Shown here: positions 28,326 to 38,096 of the stretch, one piece after another | How the letters are laid out: every line of letters begins with the position of its first letter | Numbering within the stretch: position 1 is the first letter of the stretch | The notes under the pieces: model-generated | Databases searched by the model: none | The model's input: only the letters and a program-made list of their open reading frames with translations | What the model was told of the DNA's origin: nothing | Made by a program: the position numbers and the translations under genes | DNA from: Dehalococcoidia bacterium | GTDB taxonomy: Bacteria; Chloroflexota; Dehalococcoidia; DSTF01; JACRBR01 | Direction of reading: 5' to 3' | DNA length: 54,721 nt | NCBI GenBank assembly: GCA_041494685.1 | Contig: JBGQBE010000017.1 | Span: 1-54,721, forward strand

Positions 28326-28425
28326 GCAGTTCGTCAGCGTCACACGGTCTCGGTTCCCGTGATGACATTTCTCGTAAAGCCTCGTAGCTGGTACGGCAGC
28401 GCACACAGACGCATCATCCCGCCGC

Positions 28426-29190
28426 CTAAAACGCGTCCGGCGACTCGTCGATGAACTCCCACGGGATGCCGGCGTGCGCGCCCAGGCGCTCGCCGAGGGC
28501 GCGGATGCCGGGCGCCTCGGTGGCGTAGTGCGTGCCGAACAGCAGGTTGATGCCGACCTCCTTCGCGAAGAGGCGCGTGAACATGCCGCCCTCGCCCGTG
28601 ACGTAGGTGTCGCAGCCCAGCTGCCGCGCCGCGTCGAGGTCGGCGGTGCCGCCGCCCGCGCCCGCGACGACCGCCACGCGGCCGAAGCGCTTCGCGTGCT
28701 GGTGCGCCTCCGCCTGCGCGCCGAGTGCCTGCGAGGCGCGCATGATCAGGTCGCTGAAGGAGCCGCCGCAGCCGCCGATGACGCCGGCGTGGCCGCCCTC
28801 GTACTCGCAGAAGGTCTGCTCCACCTCAACGCCGAGCAGCTCCGCCAGCACGTGGCTGTTGCCGACGCGCGGCGCGCAGTCGAGCGCGGCGTGCGCGCCG
28901 TATAGCGAGAGCCCCGCCGCTTCGAGCGCGGCGAATTTCTCGTCACGGAGGTGCAGGTCGACGGCGCGCCAGGAGGTGTGGTGCACGACGAGCAGGTTCG
29001 CGCCGGCGCGGGCCGCGCCGACGATCGTCGTGAGCGACGTGTTGACCGCCACGGCGAACTTCGAGACGCCGTCGCCGGACGGCGACTGGAAGAGCAGGCC
29101 GTTGGACTCGGCCTCGCCGGCGTAGCGGGCGACGTCGAGTTGCTCGTCGAGCCAGCGCACGATCTCGGTGAGCGATGCGTTTGCGTGCAT
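28426..29190 (-). CDS. Nif3-like dinuclear metal centre protein
   Basis: NGL, LLVVHH, HAALD, YVTGE and GTHYATE. Confidence 0.88.
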   Translation of the reverse strand: MHANASLTEIVRWLDEQLDVARYAGEAESNGLLFQSPSGDGVSKFAVAVNTSLTTIVGAARAGANLLVVHHTSWRAVDLHLRDEKFAALEAAGLSLYGAHAALDCAPRVGNSHVLAELLGVEVEQTFCEYEGGHAGVIGGCGGSFSDLIMRASQALGAQAEAHQHAKRFGRVAVVAGAGGGTADLDAARQLGCDTYVTGEGGMFTRLFAKEVGINLLFGTHYATEAPGIRALGERLGAHAGIPWEFIDESPDAF

Positions 29191-29210
29191 GCGGGCAGTG
29201 TAGCGGGCGG

Positions 29211-29280
29211 GCTGGTTGCTGGTTGGTGGTTGCCACTTAGAACTCAGAACTTACAACTTCGAACTTACAACTCACCACTT
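29211..29280. repeat. Two adjacent heptamer tandem arrays
   Basis: GCTGGTT x2 and GGTGGTT, then ACTTAGA ACTCAGA ACTTACA ACTTCGA ACTTACA ACTCACC. Confidence 0.88.
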
Positions 29281-29652
29281 CTACGTCTTCTCGAAGCGCT
29301 CGACGTCGACGACGAAGACGATGGCGCCGCCGGTGCGTACCTCGATCGGCTCCTGCAGCACCGAGCCTTCGCCGAAGAACGGCAGCGTCTGCACGGGTAC
29401 GTACTCGCTGCGGGCGTAGCACTCGCTGCGCACCATGGCGACGATGCCGTCTACTTCGGAGGCCTCGACGCCGGAGAGGACAGTGGCGTTGCCCTTGCGG
29501 AGGAAGCCGCCGGTGCTGCTGATCTTGGTGGCGGGATAGCCCTGCTGGACGAGCTTGCGGGTCAGTTTCTCGGCGTCCGCGTCGGAGGCGATGATGATCA
29601 CGAGCTTCAGCCGGCCTTCGTCGTCCACGGGACCTCCGTTCATCGCGCCCAT
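29281..29652 (-). CDS. darA: PII-like cyclic-di-AMP receptor (DarA/PstA family)
   Basis: TKISSTGGFLRKGNATVLSG and GGAIVFVVDVERFEK. Confidence 0.9.
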   Translation of the reverse strand: MGAMNGGPVDDEGRLKLVIIIASDADAEKLTRKLVQQGYPATKISSTGGFLRKGNATVLSGVEASEVDGIVAMVRSECYARSEYVPVQTLPFFGEGSVLQEPIEVRTGGAIVFVVDVERFEKT

Positions 29653-29782
29653 GGTCGCATGCTATGCCCGGCAGGGGGGCCTGTCAACGCGCGCGACGAA
29701 GCTGTCCGCACGTGTGTGGAGCCTGTAATCTGTCGCCTGAAGTGAAGTCCGAGTCATCGCCCATCCAGGGCGGGAGGTTCCG

Positions 29783-31120
29783 TTGAGCGAAGAAGGCCTG
29801 AAGCCGTCGGTCGATATGGAGACGCTGGTGTCGCTGTGCAAGCGGCGCGGCTTCCTGTTCCAGAGCAGCGAGATCTACGGAGGGCTGGCGGGCGCGTGGG
29901 ACTACGGACCCCTCGGCGTCGAGATCAAGAACAACGTGAAGAAGGCGTGGTGGCGCGCGAACATCCAGGAGCGCGACGACATGGTCGGCCTGGACGCGGC
30001 GATCCTCATGCACCCGGAGGTGTGGCGCGCCAGCGGCCACCTGGAGACGTTCACGGACCCGATGGTGGACTGCCGCAACTGCCAGTCCCGCTTCCGCGAG
30101 GACGAGCTGACCTCCGACGTCTGCCCGACCTGCGGGCAGCGCGGCCAGTTCACCGAGCCGCGCATGTTCAACCTGATGCTGCGCACGTTCGTCGGCCCCG
30201 TGCAGGACGAGGCGGCGACCGTGTACCTGCGCCCGGAGACGGCGGCGGGCATCTTCGTCAACTTCGAGAACGTGCTGACGACCACGCGGCGCAAGCTGCC
30301 CTTCGGCGTCGGCCAGATCGGCAAGTCGTTCCGCAACGAGATCACGCCGCGGAACTTCATCTTCCGCACGCGCGAGTTCGAACAGATGGAGATCGAGTAC
30401 TTCTGCCGGCCCGAAGACTCCGCCCGCATGCACGAGCAGTGGATTGCGGACCGCATGGCGTGGTACGACCGCTTCGGCATGAAGAAGGACCGGCTGCGGC
30501 TGCGCGCGCACGACCCGCAGGAGCTGTCGCACTACTCGCGCGGCACGTCCGACGTCGAGTACCTGTTCCCGATCGGCTGGGCCGAGCTGGAGGGCATCGC
30601 GAACCGCGGCGACTTCGACCTGACGCAGCACGCGAAGTTCAGCGGCAAGGAGCTGAACTACTTCGACGAGGAGCGCTCCGAGCACATCGTGCCGCACGTG
30701 ATCGAGCCGTCGCTGGGCGTGGACCGCTGCACCCTGGCGTTCCTGGCCGACTCCTATGACGAAGAGGTGGACGAGAAGGGCGAGAAGCGCGTGGTGCTGC
30801 GCCTGCACCCGGCGATCGCGCCGATCAAGGTGGCCGTGCTGCCGCTGAGCCGCAACGAGAAGCTGACGCCCACCGCGCGCGACGTGTACGCGCGGTTGCG
30901 CAAGCACTGGATGGTGCAGTACGACGACGCGCAGAGCATCGGCCGCCGCTACCGGCGCCAGGACGAGATCGGCACGCCGCTGTGCGTGACGGTGGACTTC
31001 CAGACCGTGGAGGAAGACCAGGCGGTGACGATCCGGGAGCGCGACAGCATGGCCCAGGTGCGCGTGCCGATCACGGGCCTCGTCGAGGCGCTGCGCGAGC
31101 GCCTGCCGGACGTGATCTGA
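29783..31120 (+). CDS. glyQS: Glycine--tRNA ligase, dimeric (alpha2) type
   Basis: [37 protein letters not shown] and [16 protein letters not shown] start with GGAGG SD. Confidence 0.96.
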   Translation: MSEEGLKPSVDMETLVSLCKRRGFLFQSSEIYGGLAGAWDYGPLGVEIKNNVKKAWWRANIQERDDMVGLDAAILMHPEVWRASGHLETFTDPMVDCRNCQSRFREDELTSDVCPTCGQRGQFTEPRMFNLMLRTFVGPVQDEAATVYLRPETAAGIFVNFENVLTTTRRKLPFGVGQIGKSFRNEITPRNFIFRTREFEQMEIEYFCRPEDSARMHEQWIADRMAWYDRFGMKKDRLRLRAHDPQELSHYSRGTSDVEYLFPIGWAELEGIANRGDFDLTQHAKFSGKELNYFDEERSEHIVPHVIEPSLGVDRCTLAFLADSYDEEVDEKGEKRVVLRLHPAIAPIKVAVLPLSRNEKLTPTARDVYARLRKHWMVQYDDAQSIGRRYRRQDEIGTPLCVTVDFQTVEEDQAVTIRERDSMAQVRVPITGLVEALRERLPDVI

Positions 31121-31148
31121 GCGCATCGCGGTCGCATCGAGACGAGCG

Positions 31149-31177
31149 GAGAGGCGCGCCTGGTCGGCGCGCCTCTC
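31149..31177 (+). terminator. Stem-loop after glyQS
   Basis: GAGAGGCGCGCC-tggtc-GGCGCGCCTCTC, a perfect 12-bp stem without a clear U-tract. Confidence 0.6.
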
Positions 31178-31223
31178 TCCATCCCCTTGTAACCGGCCGC
31201 CCCCGTGCCCGTATCATGCACGC

Positions 31224-33002
31224 ATGGCGCGGATCGACGCCTCGATGGAAGACTTCACCACGCGCGTGGCGACGCTGCCGCGCAGCTTCTGGCGGCGTCG
31301 CGACACGCAGCTGGCCACGCTGCCGGGCGGCATCCGCATCGCGGTGCTCACGTCGCCCTTCATCGTGCGCTGGGCCGCATGGATGGTGGCGGCGCTGATC
31401 CTGTTCGTCGCCGACGTACCTGAAGTCAACCGCCACTACGAGCCGTGGCTGCTGCTCGGGTCGATGCTCCAGACCGCGCTCGTCACGTTCTACGTGCCGG
31501 TGCTCCGGCCGGTGGTGCTGCCGCCGCTGCGACGCTACTTCGCGACGCCGGAGAGCTCCGACGTGCTGGCGGTCGGGCTCATCGACCTGACGCTGTCGAT
31601 GATCGTCGTCTACCTGAGCGGCGGCTGGGGCAGCCCGTACTTCCACTTCGCGCTGACGGCGCTGCTCATCCCGGCGTTCTTCCTCACATTTCGCGGCGTC
31701 GTGGTGATGGTCGGCGCGTACATGGCCGCGTACGTCTTCGGACTGACGATGTTCGGCGACGGCGTATACGGCGGCTGGAAAGGCAGCAACCTCAACAGCT
31801 TCATCGGCGCGATGGTGACGCCGATGCTCGTCGCGCTGGTGCCGAACTATCTCGGCAGCGTGCTGCGCGAGCTGGAGGCGGCGCGCCAGGACGCCGTCGA
31901 CGCGCTGGGAGACAGCGAGTTGCTGTACTCCGTCGCCCGCGCGTTCCTGGAAGGCGGCCGCGCGCTCCACGACGTGCTGCCGCAAGTCGCCGCGGCGACG
32001 CTCGCCGCGGCGCGCTTCGACGAGCTGGTATTGCTGATCCCTGACGATCCGGGAGGCGGCGGCGAGACCGCGTCCTACGGACACGACATCGCCCGCCCGC
32101 CGGAGCCGGCGGCGCTGGCGGAGGCGTTCGTGGGCGACGGCGCGCGTACGTACCGCGTCGCGGCGCTGCCGCCGCCGCTCGACGCCGCGTTTGCCGGCTG
32201 CGCGTGGGCGGGCGTGGTGCCGCTGCGCTCCGCCGACGCGGTCGAGGGCTGGATCGTCGCGGGCACGCGCGAACGGCCGCAGGCGATCCTGCACCACGTG
32301 CGGCTGCTCGACGCGGTGGCGGGCCAGATCGCGCTGGGCGTGCGGAACATCCGCCTCACCGACCGCATTGCCGAACTCGCCGCGGAGGGCGAGCGCACGC
32401 GGATCGCGCGCGAGATCCACGACGGCATCGCGCAGATGGTGTACATGCTGTCGCTGAGCCTCGAGACGGCGATCGACCGCGTGGGCAGCGACCCGGACGA
32501 GCAGCGGCAGCGGCTGCAGGACCTGACGGTGCTGGCCAAGAACGCGCTATGGGAGGTCCGCCAGTACATCTTCGACCTGCGCCCGCTGCTGAGCGGCGAC
32601 GAGGGTCTTGTCGGCGCGGTGCAGGGGCAGGTGAAGGAGTTCCAGGCGGTGTCCGACTTGCCCGTCGAACTTTCGATCGATGGCGCGTCGTCGCAGCTGC
32701 CGATCGAGACGAGCGCGGCGCTGTACCGCATCGTGCAGGAAGGACTCGGCAACATCTTCCGGCACGCGCGCGCGTCGAAGGTGGCGATCTCGCTGCGCTT
32801 CGCGCCGGACGCGGTGCGGCTGGCGATCAGCGACGACGGCATCGGCATGGGCGAGACGGAACCGGGCAGCCGCGTGGGCTTCGGCATGGGCAATCTGCGC
32901 CAGCGCGTCGAGGACCTGCACGGCGTCCTTGAGCTGCGCAGCGAGCCGGGCACCGGCACGCGCATCGAAGTGACGGTGCCGGTCGCGGAGAGCGCGGCGT
33001 GA
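31224..33002 (+). CDS. Membrane sensor histidine kinase (HisKA_3 type, GAF-like linker)
   Basis: Multi-TM N-terminus; ERTRIAREIHDGIAQ, QEGLGNIFRHA, DDGIG and GFGMGN. Confidence 0.93.
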   Translation: MARIDASMEDFTTRVATLPRSFWRRRDTQLATLPGGIRIAVLTSPFIVRWAAWMVAALILFVADVPEVNRHYEPWLLLGSMLQTALVTFYVPVLRPVVLPPLRRYFATPESSDVLAVGLIDLTLSMIVVYLSGGWGSPYFHFALTALLIPAFFLTFRGVVVMVGAYMAAYVFGLTMFGDGVYGGWKGSNLNSFIGAMVTPMLVALVPNYLGSVLRELEAARQDAVDALGDSELLYSVARAFLEGGRALHDVLPQVAAATLAAARFDELVLLIPDDPGGGGETASYGHDIARPPEPAALAEAFVGDGARTYRVAALPPPLDAAFAGCAWAGVVPLRSADAVEGWIVAGTRERPQAILHHVRLLDAVAGQIALGVRNIRLTDRIAELAAEGERTRIAREIHDGIAQMVYMLSLSLETAIDRVGSDPDEQRQRLQDLTVLAKNALWEVRQYIFDLRPLLSGDEGLVGAVQGQVKEFQAVSDLPVELSIDGASSQLPIETSAALYRIVQEGLGNIFRHARASKVAISLRFAPDAVRLAISDDGIGMGETEPGSRVGFGMGNLRQRVEDLHGVLELRSEPGTGTRIEVTVPVAESAA

Positions 33003-33015
33003 GAGGAGCGGGCGC

Positions 33016-33675
33016 ATGAAGACGCGGCTGATGATCGTCGATGACCACGAGGTGGTACGCATGGGACTGCGCGCGGCGCTGGAGGTGGAGCCGGACTTCA
33101 CGGTCGTGGCGGAGGCCGGCAACGGGGCCGAGGCGATTGAGAAGGCGCGCGCGCACCGGCCGGACATTGTGCTGATGGACGTGCGGATGGACGGCATGGA
33201 CGGCATCGAGGCGTGCCGCGAGGTGCGCAGCGAACTGCCGGAGACCAGGGTGCTGATGCTGACGTCGTTCGCGGAAGAGGAGACCGTGGTGGCGGCGCTG
33301 CTCGCAGGGGCGGCCGGCTACGTGCTGAAGAACGTCGCGCGCGCGCGCCTGCTGGAAGCGCTGCGATCCGTCGCGCGCGGCGAGTCGATGCTGGACTCGA
33401 ACGTGATGAAGGGCGTGCTCGACAAGCTCATCGCCGCGCACGAGCCGGGCGGGCACAAGGCGGTCGGCGACGATACGGGCGACCTGACGGCGCGCGAGCG
33501 CGAGGTGCTGGTGCTGATCGCGGAGGGCGCGACGAACAAGGAGATCGCGGCGAAGCTGGTGGTGAGCGAGAACACCGCCCGTAACCACGTCAGCCACATC
33601 CTCTCGAAGCTCGGCTTCAGCCGGCGCAGCGAGGCCGCCGCGTACGCGGTCAAGAAGGGGCTTGTAAAGGAGTAG
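33016..33675 (+). CDS. NarL/LuxR family response regulator
   Basis: VDDH, LMDVRM and GYVLK in the receiver; LTAREREVL...NKEIA helix-turn-helix. Confidence 0.95.
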   Translation: MKTRLMIVDDHEVVRMGLRAALEVEPDFTVVAEAGNGAEAIEKARAHRPDIVLMDVRMDGMDGIEACREVRSELPETRVLMLTSFAEEETVVAALLAGAAGYVLKNVARARLLEALRSVARGESMLDSNVMKGVLDKLIAAHEPGGHKAVGDDTGDLTAREREVLVLIAEGATNKEIAAKLVVSENTARNHVSHILSKLGFSRRSEAAAYAVKKGLVKE

Positions 33676-33691
33676 CTGGGACGCTCGCGCG

Positions 33692-34309
33692 CTATCCCTG
33701 CGACGGCGCGGGCAGTTGCGGCGTCTCGTCCCCCGTGTCGAGCGCGAACGGCGGGTACTCCTGCACCAGGCCGGCCATATACACCGCGACGCGCGCGTGC
33801 CAGCGCATGTAGCCGCGCAGGAAATCGAAGATGCCGCGCGGATACGACTCCTGGATGAGCACCGAGATCGCGGCGATCAACAACAGCACCGCCGCGACGA
33901 TGCCGAGGAGCGCCAGCACGATGCCGTGCGGGATCGCGAGGATGATCCGGACGAGCACGCCGCCGGGCGTCGGCTCACCGGACGGCGCCGGCTCGAAGCG
34001 GACGATCTGGCGCGGATCCTCCGTGGGGAACTTGTCCGTGAGCAGCAGCATGTAGCTGTAGAAAGCGGCGATGTAGCGCAGCCAGAGCGAGATGTTCTGC
34101 TCCGATTCGTCGATGTAGCGCTGCGCACCTCGCTGCGAGATCAGGATCGCGGCAAGAACCGGGATGCCCACGTAGATCAGCCCCCCAAGCCAGCCCATCG
34201 CCCCGCCCAGGATCGAGAGCACGATCACGATGCCGATCCGGATGGCGACCTGGACCCGGTCGTACGTCTCTCGTGGGGCAACATCGTAGGTGACACCGTA
34301 TGCGGCCAT
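33692..34309 (-). CDS. DUF4389-like membrane protein
   Basis: Duplicated motif YMLLLTDKFP / YMAGLVQEYPPF; RIILAIPH and YPRGIFDF; AAGGAGG SD. Confidence 0.78.
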   Translation of the reverse strand: MAAYGVTYDVAPRETYDRVQVAIRIGIVIVLSILGGAMGWLGGLIYVGIPVLAAILISQRGAQRYIDESEQNISLWLRYIAAFYSYMLLLTDKFPTEDPRQIVRFEPAPSGEPTPGGVLVRIILAIPHGIVLALLGIVAAVLLLIAAISVLIQESYPRGIFDFLRGYMRWHARVAVYMAGLVQEYPPFALDTGDETPQLPAPSQG

Positions 34310-34400
34310 GAGCGTTCCTCCTTGAACTCCGTCTCCATCGTACGACGCCCGGTCAAGCGGCGCGAGTGCGCTTCGGACGGTTCGCGCGCCGTCGGGGTGG

Positions 34401-35192
34401 TCACCGGCCGGTGACGAGCCGGTACTCCCGCTTCACGGCAACGGCGCGCCAGCCCAGGGCGGCGTACATCCGCTTCGGCGTGTCCGTCGGGTCGGCGACG
34501 ATGACGACCTCGCGCGCTCCTTGCTCCCGGCAGTGGGCGACGGTGCGGTGCAGGAGCGCAGAGGCGAGGCCGCGATGCCGGTACTCCTTCTGCACGAAGA
34601 GATCCTCGACCTGCCCGCAGCCATCCACCCCCGCCCACGACGAGAAGTAGCCGTGCGGCACGCCGTCGATGCAGCCGAGCCAGTACGTCAGCAGCGGGCA
34701 CTTCGCGCGGCGCGTCCGGGACATCTCCGCGCCGACGCCGTGCTCGACGGGCAGGCCGTGCCGCTCGCGGTACTCCGCCCAGTCGAGCACGGCGAGCGCG
34801 CCAAACGCGCGCCAGTCGTCGTCGTTGGCGACGGGGCGGATCTCGAATGGCGCGGGCGTACCGACGAGGACGCCCTCCAGCAGCATCACGAGCGACTCGC
34901 TACGCTCGTAGCCTTCGAGCTGGAGACGCGCCTCGAACGCGGGCGGCGTGGTGAAGTCCAGGTGGTACTGGCGGTGCGGGTAGCCGGCGAACTCGCGCTC
35001 GGCGCGGGCGAGCAGCGCGTCGACCTCCGCCGGCGTGGACGCGGTCACGTCGCTCATGTGGTTAGCGTCGCGGATCTGCGGGAAGGCCGGGTTGCGGACG
35101 AAGCGCGCGCCGTCGGCGAAGAAGACCTCGTGTCCGAGCGCGAGGTTCTCGGCGTTGGTGCGCAGGGCGCGGCGTGCGGCGGCGTCGGTCAT
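34401..35192 (-). CDS. GNAT family N-acetyltransferase
   Basis: VEDLFVQKEYRHRGLASALL and MYAALGW. Confidence 0.87.
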   Translation of the reverse strand: MTDAAARRALRTNAENLALGHEVFFADGARFVRNPAFPQIRDANHMSDVTASTPAEVDALLARAEREFAGYPHRQYHLDFTTPPAFEARLQLEGYERSESLVMLLEGVLVGTPAPFEIRPVANDDDWRAFGALAVLDWAEYRERHGLPVEHGVGAEMSRTRRAKCPLLTYWLGCIDGVPHGYFSSWAGVDGCGQVEDLFVQKEYRHRGLASALLHRTVAHCREQGAREVVIVADPTDTPKRMYAALGWRAVAVKREYRLVTGR

Positions 35193-35239
35193 GGGGAGGA
35201 GTGTACAGTGAGCGGGCAGCAGCGGGATGATGACGAGAA

Positions 35240-35262
35240 GGCCCTCGCGGATCGCGAGGGCC
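35240..35262 (-). terminator. Stem-loop downstream of the SCP2-like gene
   Basis: GGCCCTCGCG-gat-CGCGAGGGCC, followed by TTCT on the minus strand. Confidence 0.6.
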
Positions 35263-35295
35263 CCTCTTCTGGTTACCGCGGATCGTGCGTCGCCG

Positions 35296-35733
35296 CTAGA
35301 CGGCGGCCGGGGCCGCGAACTGGGTGTCGATCTTCGCCGAGGCGTCGAAGAAGTCCTGGATCGACTGGTTGAAGCGGTAGAAGGCGTCGATGCGGACGCC
35401 GTCGTGTCCGCGGGCGAAGGCTTCGGCGTTGTTCAGGTCGAGCGTATTCAGCGTGTGCGAGAGGTCCGCCGCGCCGTTCCTCTTGATGTTCTCGATCATG
35501 TCCTTCCAGCCGTCGTAGGACTGCTCGAGCCAGAAGTCCACATCGCGCAGATCATCCTCCGTCGCCTCGCGTACGTCGGCACACTCGAACGCCTCGAAGG
35601 TGACCTTGAAGATCTTGCTTCCCACCTTGATGCCCATGGTGGTGTCAACGGTGCCCAACTCCCGGAACTTCGGGTCGGCATTGACAAGGTTCTTCACGGC
35701 GTTGAACCACTCGACAGACGGAAACACTGGCAT
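35296..35733 (-). CDS. Hypothetical protein, possibly SCP2/sterol-carrier-like fold
   Basis: AGGAGG SD; FPSVEWF...VNADP N-terminus and DFWLEQSYDGWKDMI recall SCP2-like proteins. Confidence 0.65.
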   Translation of the reverse strand: MPVFPSVEWFNAVKNLVNADPKFRELGTVDTTMGIKVGSKIFKVTFEAFECADVREATEDDLRDVDFWLEQSYDGWKDMIENIKRNGAADLSHTLNTLDLNNAEAFARGHDGVRIDAFYRFNQSIQDFFDASAKIDTQFAAPAAV

Positions 35734-35953
35734 GATCTGCATTCCTCCTGTGCCGGCGCGCCGGTGCGCGCTGCTGGCGTTATCGCTGGATGTTGGCCCG
35801 CAGGCCGGCCGGCCGCGTCAATGGTAGCCCACTTGCGCCTCGCAGGGTACCGCGCGAACAGGCGCTCAAGGGTGGTGGGATTCTCTGTGATCGGCAGGGA
35901 CGGCGTCAAGCCGCCCGGATGCGCGTTCCGCAACATGCGGACGGACGGACCGG

Positions 35954-36373
35954 CTACGCGGCTTCGGACTGCAGGCGAGGTCTGCGGACGAGTTGCAGGA
36001 TGATGCCGCCGACCCCGGCCTCGGCGTCGTACTCGATGATGTCGAATTGGGGCGCGAGCGTGCAGTCGAACGACTGTGCGAGGAGCGGCAGGCTGCGGCG
36101 AAGCTTGTCAATCATCGAGAAGGTCTGGAGCCGGCCGAATCCGACAAGGACGGCGACCATTCGGTCGTCGCCGTACGTGAAGGCGTCGCAGCCGCGGCCG
36201 GCGCTCGTGATGGCGTCCACCGCGGCGCCCCGGAACTTGTCGAAGCTCTCCGCGCCGTGCGCCTTCTTGATATGGTCGATGCCCTCGAGGTCGGCGACCA
36301 GGAACGAGGGTTCCTGCCCGGCGGCCACGATCTCGTCAATCAGCGCCGTGAGTTGCGAGCGAAAATCGTCCAT
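35954..36373 (-). CDS. Stand-alone degenerate GGDEF-like protein
   Basis: Start reset to MDDFRSQ. SFLVADLEGIDHIKKAHG...AFTYGDDRMVAVL parallels the GGDEF core. Confidence 0.6.
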   Translation of the reverse strand: MDDFRSQLTALIDEIVAAGQEPSFLVADLEGIDHIKKAHGAESFDKFRGAAVDAITSAGRGCDAFTYGDDRMVAVLVGFGRLQTFSMIDKLRRSLPLLAQSFDCTLAPQFDIIEYDAEAGVGGIILQLVRRPRLQSEAA

Positions 36374-36483
36374 CACAGGAAGTATCGGCGGCCGGAGGCG
36401 GCGGCCGCACGGTCTGCACCGAGGTTTCGAAGGAGTCGTGGCAGGTTCAGGGAACCTCGCGGGCACGCCCCTAGGGGAGCCGC

Positions 36484-37050
36484 CTACCCCCGGTAGCGGA
36501 CGCGCTCGCGGTCGCGCTCCTTGTCGACGAGCAGCTGCAGGTCCTGCGGGCGCGGGATGCCGGTCATGCGGAACTCCTGGATGTCGGCGGCTGTCTGGCA
36601 GACCACGTCGCCGTAGTTGAACATCGTGCGAAAGACGCCGTCGCGCTCGACAGTCATGTCCTGCACATTCACGAGGTCCGCGGTCGAGGTCTTCAGCGTG
36701 AATGGCGTCGTCTTGGTGCTGTCGACGATGCGCTGGTTCGTGATCACCCAGATGTCGTTGTTGTAGCGGTACCAGTTGAGGAACGCGCGCAGCACCCAGT
36801 AGAGCAGGTAGACCGCCGCCGCGATCCAGAACACCCTGCCGGCGGTGCCGCCGAGGCCCGCCGTCTTCGACATCGCGAACGCCACGCCGATGACGGGCAC
36901 CAGCGCGAGCAGCGCGTACCAGAGGGTGCGCGGCCAGAGGTAGATCCAGTGGCGGCGGCAGATCATGATGACGCGCTCGTCTTGCTGCAAAGGGAAGTGC
37001 AGGGCGCCGTCCTTGTGAGGCGTCTGCGCGGGCGCGGGGCTGGCCGTCAT
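36484..37050 (-). CDS. Membrane protein with bacterial PH (bPH_2-like) domain
   Basis: RRHW, two TM helices, WVITNQRIV, VQDMTV and FNYGDVVCQTA; GGAGGT SD before ATG 37050. Confidence 0.82.
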   Translation of the reverse strand: MTASPAPAQTPHKDGALHFPLQQDERVIMICRRHWIYLWPRTLWYALLALVPVIGVAFAMSKTAGLGGTAGRVFWIAAAVYLLYWVLRAFLNWYRYNNDIWVITNQRIVDSTKTTPFTLKTSTADLVNVQDMTVERDGVFRTMFNYGDVVCQTAADIQEFRMTGIPRPQDLQLLVDKERDRERVRYRG

Positions 37051-37215
37051 CGTGACCTCCGTTGCTATCCCGCTCTCGGGCGGGCGAGTGGTGCCGCCGG
37101 GGCCATCGTGCCACCCCGATCGCCCGGACACAAGTGGTCGGCCGCAGTAACGTGGCGATGCGTTAGCATGCGCATGGCGGCGAACGAGCGCCCCGATGGC
37201 GACGAGGGCATCTTC

Positions 37216-37512
37216 GTGAGCAATGACATCCGGATACGCGACATCGACGCCAACGGCCTGACGTTCCGCGTGCGGGAGGCGGGCGACGCCGGCGACCTCG
37301 TGATCCTGCTGCACGGCTTCCCGGAGACGTCGGCGATGTGGCTGGACCTGATGCCACGCATCGCGGCTGCGGGCTACCACGTCATCGCGCCGGACCAGCG
37401 CGGCAAGTATCGAGTCGTGGCGCTGCAGGCGGGGCACTGGCTCGCCGAAGAGAAGCCGGAAGATGTGGCCCGCGAGGTGCTGGCGCACATCGCGGCGCAC
37501 CCGCTGACGTGA
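37216..37512 (+). pseudogene. Alpha/beta hydrolase with large in-frame internal deletion
   Basis: LLHGFPE...IAPDQRG fused directly to KYRVVAL.AGHWLAEE. Start uncertain (37168, 37174 or 37216). Confidence 0.75.
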
Positions 37513-37519
37513 CGGACCG

Positions 37520-38026
37520 CTACTCCAGCGTGATCGGGCCGCTCTTGCCGCCGCTCTTCTTCACCAGCCGCACCGACTCGATGCGCATGGCGCGGTCGAC
37601 GGCCTTGCACATGTCGTAGATCGTAAGGGCGGCGACGGTGCACGCCGTCAGCGCCTCCATCTCGACGCCGGTCTTGCCCGTCGTACGGACGATGGCCTCG
37701 ATATCAACGCACGATCGCGCCTCGTTCGGCGCCAGCCTGACGTCGATGCCGGTGAGCAGCAGCGGGTGGCACATGGGGATGAGGTCGTGCGTGCGCTTGG
37801 CGGCCATGACGCCGGCGATCTGCGCGACCGCCAGCACGTCTCCCTTCGGCAGGCCGTGTTGCTGGATCAGCGCCAGCGTCTCGCGCCGCATGACGATGCG
37901 GCCGCGCGCGACAGCCTCTCGTTTCGTGTCGTCCTTCGCGGAGACGTCAACCATCCTGGCCTTGCCCGCCGCATCGACGTGGCTGAGCTTGCCGAAGGCT
38001 TCGTCCGGGTCATGCGCCGCTGTCAT
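37520..38026 (-). CDS. moaC: Cyclic pyranopterin monophosphate synthase
   Basis: [34 protein letters not shown] and KSGGKSG; start reset to 38026. Confidence 0.96.
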   Translation of the reverse strand: MTAAHDPDEAFGKLSHVDAAGKARMVDVSAKDDTKREAVARGRIVMRRETLALIQQHGLPKGDVLAVAQIAGVMAAKRTHDLIPMCHPLLLTGIDVRLAPNEARSCVDIEAIVRTTGKTGVEMEALTACTVAALTIYDMCKAVDRAMRIESVRLVKKSGGKSGPITLE

Positions 38027-38096
38027 GCGCGGATCGTAGCGCGCCGCCGGGCCGGGCGGCATCGGGGTTCCACCTATGCGGCCGGGCGCCTCGCCA

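Noticed and set aside
29653..29782. T-box leader for glyQS (also looked for before leuS)
   Set aside because: The leader is short and lacks a T-box consensus or terminator; leuS has only 30 nt after the MgtC-family gene.
31224..33675. Two-component pair as a novel system
   Set aside because: Ordinary HisKA_3/NarL architecture; only the stimulus is unknown.
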